DNA of 64,000 nt from a bacterium (GTDB taxonomy: Bacteria; Patescibacteriota; Minisyncoccia; Moranbacterales; UBA2206). Where the stretch lies: positions 10,448 through 74,447 of the forward strand of contig JAURXY010000026.1 in the NCBI GenBank assembly GCA_030654225.1. Reading direction: 5' to 3'. A program made the translations under genes and the position numbers. Positions within the stretch are counted from its first letter, which is position 1; every line of letters starts with the position of its first letter. The notes under the pieces are model-generated. The model worked only from the letters and a program-made list of their open reading frames with translations. It was not told the origin of the DNA and searched no databases. Below are positions 57,499 to 64,000 of this stretch, piece by piece.

Positions 57499-58458
57499 AT
57501 GAATATATTTTCTGTATACAATAACCCAATCCCTTCTATCGCTATAGTAGCAATCGCTATTTTGGGCTATCTATTATTTAGATTTTCAAGAAATAAATCA
57601 GGCAAAATTTTCACGGCCACACCTATCATAAATAGTTTTTCAAAAGACATTACTGATTTAGCTAGGAAAAACCAACTTGATCCAGTCATTGGTCGAGAAA
57701 AAGAAATAAACCATCTCATTATGGTTTTGAGTCGCAGGACTAAAAACAATGCTGTGCTCATCGGGGATGCTGGTGTTGGGAAAACTGCGATCGTAGAAGG
57801 TTTGGCGCATAATGTTTCGCAGAAAAATGTTCCTGCAAGTCTTTTTGGCAAAAGAGTTTTGATGCTTGATCTCAACGCTCTTTTAGCTGGTACGAAATAT
57901 CGGGGCGAGTTCGAAGAAAGAGTAAGGAAGCTCACTGATGAAATATCTAACTCAAAAAGAAAAATAATTCTTTTTATTGATGAAATACATAATCTTATTC
58001 AAGCCGAAAGTTCAGGGGAGTCAGTTTCAGTAGGGGATATTTTCAAACCGGCAATGGCTAGGGGAGAACTGCAAATAGTTGGCGCCACAACCAAGGAAGA
58101 ATATGATCAATATTTTCATACGGACTTAGCTTTCAAAAGAAGAATGCAACCAATTTTTGTGAAAGAGCCGAGCAAAAAAGATACTTTTGAAATTCTTAAG
58201 GGTGTAAAATCAAAATATGAATCTTTTCATAATGTCAGAATTTCCGAAAAAGTCATCAGGGCTTGCATAGAACAATCAGAAAAAATGTTGCCTGGACGAT
58301 CCTTTCCGGATAAGGCGATAGATTTAATGGATGAAGCATCTAGCAAAGCTAGAATGGGATGTATCAACAATAAATCGAAAAAATGTAAAATTATTCCAGA
58401 AGTGAAAATAACAGATGTAGCTCAAATTGCCAAAGAATATCGAGAGGTAAAAAGATAG
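57499..58458 (+). CDS. ClpA/ClpB-type AAA+ NBD1-only protein with N-terminal TM helix
   Basis: DPVIGREKEINHL, Walker A GDAGVGKTAI, Walker B ILFIDEIH; no second NBD. Confidence 0.65.
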   Translation: MNIFSVYNNPIPSIAIVAIAILGYLLFRFSRNKSGKIFTATPIINSFSKDITDLARKNQLDPVIGREKEINHLIMVLSRRTKNNAVLIGDAGVGKTAIVEGLAHNVSQKNVPASLFGKRVLMLDLNALLAGTKYRGEFEERVRKLTDEISNSKRKIILFIDEIHNLIQAESSGESVSVGDIFKPAMARGELQIVGATTKEEYDQYFHTDLAFKRRMQPIFVKEPSKKDTFEILKGVKSKYESFHNVRISEKVIRACIEQSEKMLPGRSFPDKAIDLMDEASSKARMGCINNKSKKCKIIPEVKITDVAQIAKEYREVKR

Positions 58459-58535
58459 CCTGGGGATAAATTTTTAGTAAAGTATGGTATAATTGGTTTA
58501 GTTGTAAATAAGTAAAAATATTTAATTTTAAAAAA

Positions 58536-59078
58536 ATGAAGAAAACAAAAACAAAAACAAAAACAAAAACAAAAATAAAAATTGGGACTGCGGTAGCGAT
58601 TGCTATTGCCGTGATTAGCGTGGGTGGAATAATGGCAGCGGGAGCGATGAGAATAGCTAAAAACAAAACGAATAATTCAAAATTAGAAAATTGTAAAAAT
58701 TATTGGTGGCACAATAGTCAAAGTACCGAATGTTTACATGGTAAATTCTGCGGAAAATATCAATATGAAGGGTTGAAAACTTTTGAAGAAAAAAAGGAAT
58801 GTGAAACTTCTCTGGGAAATAAATGTGGTTTATGCAAACAAATTGCCTCTCCGCCAGCTGATTGGTGCAAAGATGGTCAAATAGTATCAGGAGGAAAAGA
58901 CAATTGTGGATGCGCAAAAGCGCCAACATGCAAATGTGGTTCATGCCCGCAACTTTCTCCGCTACCAATTGATTGGTGCAAAAATGGAAAGATAGTCCCA
59001 GGAGAAAAAAATGAATGTGGATGCTATTCAGCACCAAAATGTATTATTGCTACAACCGCAAATTCAATTTCAAATTAA
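58536..59078 (+). CDS. secreted/membrane-anchored Cys-rich protein with (KT)n N-terminus and tandem about 30-aa Cys repeats
   Basis: (AAAACA)6 at 58546-58581; repeats PPADWCKDGQIV ... / PLPIDWCKNGKIV ... Confidence 0.5.
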   Translation: MKKTKTKTKTKTKIKIGTAVAIAIAVISVGGIMAAGAMRIAKNKTNNSKLENCKNYWWHNSQSTECLHGKFCGKYQYEGLKTFEEKKECETSLGNKCGLCKQIASPPADWCKDGQIVSGGKDNCGCAKAPTCKCGSCPQLSPLPIDWCKNGKIVPGEKNECGCYSAPKCIIATTANSISN

Positions 59079-59176
59079 TAACGCGTTTAAACTACTATTC
59101 AAAATCCTCCACAATGGGGGATTTTTGATTTGGCTAAAATATGCTATTATATAGGCATAAATAGTAAGATATTATT

Positions 59177-60526
59177 ATGGAAAAAACAATAAATCCCAAG
59201 ATTTTTAAGGCGTATGATATTCGGGGGCTCTATCCAGATGAGATTAATAGTGAAACTGCCTATAGCATCGGTCGAACTTTGGTGACGTTTACTAAGGCCA
59301 AAAAAATAGCTGTAGGGTGCGATATGCGAGTATCTTCACCGGAAATGGAAGAGGCGTTATTAAGAGGCATAACTGATCAAGGTGCGGACGTAGTGAAGAT
59401 TGGATTAGCTTCGACGCCAATGACCTATTTTTCCTCTTGGAAATTGGAAGTAGATGTAGCAGTTATTATCACGGCTTCACATAATCCCGCGCAGTATAAT
59501 GGGATGAAGTTTTGCTGGAAAGGTGCTGTGCCAATTGGAGAGGGAAGCGGAATGGAGGAAATAAAAGAACTAGCTGTTAAGGGTGAATTTATTGACGCCG
59601 AAAACAAAGGAAAAATTGAAGAAAATTTTGAAATAGGGAATCAATATATTGATTATGTGGCGGGATTTTTTAACAAAAATTTTGCCAAGAAAAAAATTGT
59701 GGTTGATTTTGGTAATGGTATGGCATCAGTGGAAAAAGGAGTGTTTGAAAAATTTCCGGAAAATTTGGAAGTTGATTATTTATTCGAAGAGCTGGATGGA
59801 AATTTTCCCAATCATGAGGCCAATCCATTGAAAGTTGAAACATTGGAAGCTTTGCAAAAAACAGTTTTGGAGAAAAATGCAGATTTAGGAATTTCCTATG
59901 ATGGCGACGCAGACCGAGTAGGTTTTGTCGACGAAAAAGGCGAGGCAGTGCCGATGGATTATCTGATTGCCCTTTTAGCCAAGGAAGTTCTCAAAAAAAA
60001 TCCTGGAGGTCTTATTCTTATGGATCTTCGTAGTTCTAATGCAGTCAAAGAAGTAATTGAAGAAGCGGGAGGAAAAGTTAATCGTTGTCGAGTGGGGCAT
60101 TCTTTGATCAAAAAACAAATGCGCGCAGAGGGCGCAATTTTTGCTGGTGAACTTTCGGGGCATTATTTTTTCGAAGCTAATTCCAAGGCGGAGATGGCCA
60201 CATTGGCAGTTTTGATGTTGCTAAATCTAATGAACGAAACCGGTCAAAAAATGTCGCAACTTGTAGCTGATCTTAAACGATATTTTCACTCCGGAGAGAT
60301 AAATTCCGAAGTGGCGGATAAGAATGCGGTAATGGAAAAACTCAAAGAAAAATATGCGAATGGAAAATTAGATACATTAGACGGAATTAGAATCGATTTT
60401 CCTGATTGGTGGTTCAGCGTTCGAGCCTCAAACACCGAACCAGTTCTTCGACTTAATCTTGAAGCTAAGACAAAAGAATTGATGGAGGAGAAAAGGGAGG
60501 AAGTTTTGGGACTTGTTCGTGGGTAA
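59177..60526 (+). CDS. phosphoglucomutase/phosphomannomutase
   Basis: active-site TASHNP; Mg loop DGDADR. Confidence 0.9.
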   Translation: MEKTINPKIFKAYDIRGLYPDEINSETAYSIGRTLVTFTKAKKIAVGCDMRVSSPEMEEALLRGITDQGADVVKIGLASTPMTYFSSWKLEVDVAVIITASHNPAQYNGMKFCWKGAVPIGEGSGMEEIKELAVKGEFIDAENKGKIEENFEIGNQYIDYVAGFFNKNFAKKKIVVDFGNGMASVEKGVFEKFPENLEVDYLFEELDGNFPNHEANPLKVETLEALQKTVLEKNADLGISYDGDADRVGFVDEKGEAVPMDYLIALLAKEVLKKNPGGLILMDLRSSNAVKEVIEEAGGKVNRCRVGHSLIKKQMRAEGAIFAGELSGHYFFEANSKAEMATLAVLMLLNLMNETGQKMSQLVADLKRYFHSGEINSEVADKNAVMEKLKEKYANGKLDTLDGIRIDFPDWWFSVRASNTEPVLRLNLEAKTKELMEEKREEVLGLVRG

Positions 60527-60531
60527 CGCTT

Positions 60532-60655
60532 GTCATTCTGAGCGTAGCGGAGCGAAGTCGAAGAATCTGCCTTATATTTTAACTATTTATAGTATTTAGT
60601 AGATCCTTCGACTACGCAAAATTACTTTTCGTAATTTTACTTCGCTCAGGATGAC
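60532..60655. mobile_element. MITE-like element A3 (variant; TIRs GTCATTCTGAGCG / CGCTCAGGATGAC)
   Basis: same terminal heptamer as A1/A2; internal complementary arms. Confidence 0.5.
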
Positions 60656-60894
60656 ATTATTTCAAAGTGAGTTGGTCACAAAATGTGACAAGCTAAAAAT
60701 ACAGTTTTCCAAATAAAGTGGTTATAAATTGTAACCGATTGAAAATACTAATTTGAAGCGACAAGATTGCCAGGGATGCTAGAATTGCGCTGGAAGAAAA
60801 AACTGGAAAGTCAGTCGTTACCAAAGAAAATTATTTATTGAAAGATGAATCGAAAAAAAGTTTGAAATAAAAAATTTATAAATCCGTTCCTGCA

Positions 60895-61176
60895 TTAGAA
60901 TTCTTTAGGATTTTGAATTCCGAATTTTTTAAGAAATGATGGGCTTAAACTGCATCCCAAATAAACACCATAGCATTGTCCGCTACAGCTAAGGCAATTT
61001 TTAGAGAACTTGGAACATTTTCTATTTAGCGTAAAACCGATGCAAGTGTTTGAACACCCAGTGGGAGCACATCCCATTTCAACAATATTATTCCAATAGC
61101 TGTATTTCACAGGAAGTAGAAATAATACAATCAATATAATAATGATTACTATTATTATATATTTTTTTGTTTTCAT
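60895..61176 (-). CDS. small secreted Cys-rich peptide (8 Cys) with N-terminal TM/signal
   Basis: 93-aa ORF; hydrophobic N-terminus. Confidence 0.35.
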   Translation of the reverse strand: MKTKKYIIIVIIIILIVLFLLPVKYSYWNNIVEMGCAPTGCSNTCIGFTLNRKCSKFSKNCLSCSGQCYGVYLGCSLSPSFLKKFGIQNPKEF

Positions 61177-61194
61177 AACAATTAATTTATTAAA

Positions 61195-62310
61195 TTAACT
61201 TATAAACCCAATCTTTTTCTTCACTTCTTCTAGTTTTTTCTTCGCAATCGGGCGGACTTTTTTGGCGCCGTCTTCCAAAATTTGCAAAACTTTTTCGTCG
61301 GATAATTCTTTTATTTTTTCTTGGAGAGGTTTCATAAATGAAACCACTACATTCGCCAAATCAGTTTTAAATTCGGCGTATCCCTTGCCGATGTATTTTT
61401 TTTCAATTTCTTTTGGCGAAATTTCAGAAAGCAGGGAATAGATATTTATCAAATTATTAAGCGCTGGCTTGTCGTCTCTGTAGATAATTTCACTGCCTGA
61501 ATCAGTCACGGCTTTTTTGATTTTTCTTCGAACAGTTTCTTCATCATCGCTCAGGGCTATATAGTTATATTCAGACTTGGCGGATTTTGACATTTTTTTG
61601 CTTGGGTCGTCGAGTCCCATGATGTTTTCACTCGTCTCGGTTGTGTAGGCTTTTGGAATGACAAAAGTTTCGCCAAATTTCTTGTTGAATCTTTCCGCCA
61701 GGGTTCTTGTGAGTTCGACATGCTGTTTTTGATCTTTACCGACTGGAACGAGATTTGTGTCATAAAGTAAAATATCAGATGCCATTAAAACCGGATATGT
61801 CATTAAGCCTGCATCTACGCCAATTTGAGATCCAGCAGATTTAAGAAATGCATTAACCCATCGATTAATGTCCTCTTCTTTGCCAGCACCCATTTTTATT
61901 ATCCCATTATTATTCTCTGATTCTTTTAATAAGGCTACTCTCAATGAATATTCAAAATATCTAATGCCAGCCTTGTCTTTAAACTGCGTCATTCTCTCCA
62001 ATTCTGAAATTTTTGTAATTGTGTTTAATATCCAAGCTAACTCTGCGTGTTCGCTCACTTGTGATTGAATGAAAAGCGTGGATTTTTTTGGGTCGATACC
62101 AGAAGCCAAATAAACCTTGGCGACTTCGATGGTTCTTCGACGAAGCTCGGCGGGATCTTGGGGGACTGTGATGGCGTGCATGTCCACAACGCAAAAAATT
62201 GAATCGTATTGATCCTGTAATTTAACCCAATTGCTAATGGCACCCAAATAGTTGCCCAAATGAAGATTGCCTGACGGCTGAATGCCGGAAAATATGCGTG
62301 GTTTATTCAT
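61195..62310 (-). CDS. trpS: tryptophan--tRNA ligase
   Basis: HLGNYLG (HIGH) and KMSKS motifs. Confidence 0.9.
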   Translation of the reverse strand: MNKPRIFSGIQPSGNLHLGNYLGAISNWVKLQDQYDSIFCVVDMHAITVPQDPAELRRRTIEVAKVYLASGIDPKKSTLFIQSQVSEHAELAWILNTITKISELERMTQFKDKAGIRYFEYSLRVALLKESENNNGIIKMGAGKEEDINRWVNAFLKSAGSQIGVDAGLMTYPVLMASDILLYDTNLVPVGKDQKQHVELTRTLAERFNKKFGETFVIPKAYTTETSENIMGLDDPSKKMSKSAKSEYNYIALSDDEETVRRKIKKAVTDSGSEIIYRDDKPALNNLINIYSLLSEISPKEIEKKYIGKGYAEFKTDLANVVVSFMKPLQEKIKELSDEKVLQILEDGAKKVRPIAKKKLEEVKKKIGFIS

Positions 62311-62578
62311 AATCTAAGTATAAAATATTATATATCTAGTATATAAAAAAAGACACAATGTGTCCACTTCGCCTTACTCTTTGCAAAACTTCGCTTTTCT
62401 TTTTCCCGCAAAAAGAAAAGTAACAAAAGAAAAGCTCTCAGCCGAGCTCACGCGCCAATAAATTTTAGCGAAAAAGTTGAAAATTTATCTTTCTATGAGC
62501 CGGATGGCCTTTTTCTTTTTTGCCACTTTTCTTTTGGGAAAAGAAAAATGGCGAGGAGTATGAATTATAATACGTATT

Positions 62579-62601
62579 AAAAAAACGAGCCTTAGGGCTC
62601 G
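62579..62601 (-). terminator. rho-independent terminator of rnj
   Basis: minus-strand CGAGCC-CTAA-GGCTCG + T7. Confidence 0.7.
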
Positions 62602-62641
62602 TTTTCGCTTAATACTTCCTACTTTATACATCCTACTTTTC

Positions 62642-64000
62642 CTATACTTCAATAATCACCGGCAGAACCATCGGCCGTCTTTCGGTTTTTTGAAAGAGGA
62701 AGAGGCCGACGACTTCGCGAATGGCGTTTTCGATGAATTTCTTTTCGGGGGAAGTTTTTTTGGAAGTAGTGTCTTTGATAGCTTTTTTCACTTGATTTTT
62801 AGTTTCATTGACCAAGTCAAAATTATCTTTGACATAAATAAATCCGCGAGAGGTGATTTGAATGTTGCCAACAACATTTTTAGTTTTACTGTCCAAAATT
62901 ACAGTGATTACAAACATTCCGTCTTCACTCAAAACTTGGCGATCACGCAGGACTACTTGTCCGACATCGCCCACGCCGAGTCCGTCCACCATCACATAAC
63001 TAGTATCAACTTTTTTTGGTAAAATTTTGGCAGTATTATTTTTTTGCACTTCCAAAACATTACCATTGTCGAGCACGAAAATATTTTCTTTGCGAAAGCC
63101 AATGCGCACAGCTAATTTTTCTGCTTCTTTGAGCATATAATGATGAGCATAAACTGGCACAAAGAAATCTGGTCGCACTTGGCGAAGCATTTCTTGAATG
63201 TCCACGGCGCTACAGTGTCCGCTGATATGCACATCCATAATGTCATCATGAATCACATTGTCGCATTTTCGGTATAGATTATCCTTGAGTCTTTGCACAG
63301 TTCTTTCGTTGCCTGGGATAACCGAGGAGGAAAAAATAACTGTGTCATTTTTTTTGATTTTGATGAAGCGGTGATTGTCAGTGATAATTCTTGAAAGCAC
63401 GGCATTGCCTTCGCCTTGCGCACCAGTGCAGATGACAATAATTTTGTTTTCTGGATAATTGTGAATATTGGCAATTGGCACCAGCGTATCTTTATGCATT
63501 TTGATGTAGCCCAATTCTTTGGCAATTTCCACATTCATTTTCATGCTATAGCCATCCAAGGCAACTTTCTTGCCAATCTTTTCGGCGTATTCCAAAATGT
63601 GTCCGATGCGTTTGATTTGAGAAGAAAAAGTTCCGATGATAATTTTCCCGCTCGCTTCACTGATGAGTTTTTCCAAATTGAAATACATTTCTTCTTCCGT
63701 GGTACGGCTAGGATTTTTGACAATTGCGCCAAGACTTTCTAGCATCAAAATTCTTGGGCTAGGCAAGCGTGACAAATGCTCGTAGGTGACGAGACTTTTT
63801 CCATTGGCGTTTTTTTCCATTGTCCAGTCCCCTGGGTGAATGACAGTGCCATCTGGAGTTTTAATGATCACTCCGACGGCGTCCATAATCGAATGTTCTA
63901 CATCGAAAAATTCTATTTCAAAACTACCTAAGCGAATTTTGTCTGTGATAGCTTTGACGCGAATAGTTTTGAGATTTTGGGCGGATCCTTTTTCAAAGTC
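62642..64000 (-). CDS. rnj: ribonuclease J (beta-CASP MBL), partial; 5-prime end beyond window
   Basis: C-terminal beta-CASP and RNase J C-domain similarity; ORF open to window edge. Confidence 0.7.
   Translation of the reverse strand, partial: DFEKGSAQNLKTIRVKAITDKIRLGSFEIEFFDVEHSIMDAVGVIIKTPDGTVIHPGDWTMEKNANGKSLVTYEHLSRLPSPRILMLESLGAIVKNPSRTTEEEMYFNLEKLISEASGKIIIGTFSSQIKRIGHILEYAEKIGKKVALDGYSMKMNVEIAKELGYIKMHKDTLVPIANIHNYPENKIIVICTGAQGEGNAVLSRIITDNHRFIKIKKNDTVIFSSSVIPGNERTVQRLKDNLYRKCDNVIHDDIMDVHISGHCSAVDIQEMLRQVRPDFFVPVYAHHYMLKEAEKLAVRIGFRKENIFVLDNGNVLEVQKNNTAKILPKKVDTSYVMVDGLGVGDVGQVVLRDRQVLSEDGMFVITVILDSKTKNVVGNIQITSRGFIYVKDNFDLVNETKNQVKKAIKDTTSKKTSPEKKFIENAIREVVGLFLFQKTERRPMVLPVIIEV

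Noticed and set aside
56124-57521. Full 465-aa hypF ORF start with hydrophobic N-terminus (MYTENIFIYYFVFIV...)
   Set aside because: The N-terminal 28 codons are AT-rich low-complexity and overlap the divergent gene region; the conserved HypF domain begins at the internal Met (57437).
62311-62641. T-box riboswitch upstream of trpS
   Set aside because: Searched both strands for the conserved T-box sequence and a UGG specifier context and found neither. Left as an unclassified leader.

Overview
Low-GC, densely packed window with hallmarks of a small Patescibacteria/CPR-type genome. Few genes have Shine-Dalgarno sites, there is no L30 between S5 and L15, several r-proteins carry basic or acidic tail extensions, and RuvX, Ddl, Fic and AbiE genes are present. 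Core content: cspA-like gene, flavoprotein, ArsR + nitroreductase, DEAD-box helicase, ABC-F, ahcY + adenosine kinase, tRNA-Asn, ddl + aminotransferase + short murF, then the str operon (rpsL-rpsG-fusA ... tuf) followed by the S10/spc block (rpsJ through rplO, secY, adk, map), glycolysis genes (tpiA, fba), a hoxEFU/nuoEFG-like diaphorase with hypCDEF maturation genes, pgm, trpS and a partial RNase J. Accessory content is rich. (1) A convergent three-gene module at 21.8-24.5 kb: an AbrB/SpoVT-like small DNA binder, a 323-aa unknown protein, and a single ORF that fuses a complete LexA (wHTH + Ala-Gly cleavage site + S24 Ser/Lys dyad) to a C5 cytosine DNA methyltransferase. This is my top candidate for an undescribed SOS-coupled RM-like system. 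(2) A ~2.9 kb island splitting fusA from tuf, bounded by duplicated REP-like terminator hairpins. It carries an AbiEii-family TA pair, small strong-SD ORFs and a RAYT (IS200-like HuH) transposase. Its 28-bp perfect palindrome recurs in-frame inside the RAYT gene itself and inside hypE. (3) A MITE-like inverted-repeat family (GTCATTC...GAATGAC ends) with copies after map, overlapping the hypD stop and hypE start, and after pgm. (4) A family of TACGAA/TTCGTA-word palindromic repeats occupying intergenic spacers of the r-protein operons and upstream of fba. (5) Two Fic/Doc proteins: one with the catalytic His replaced by Gln, one fused to a RhuM domain. (6) Three identical DnaA-box 12-mers. (7) A conserved bipartite upstream motif, GTTAAGTAACAC-N8-ATAATTAATTA. 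(8) A hox/hyp locus lacking any hydrogenase catalytic subunit genes.
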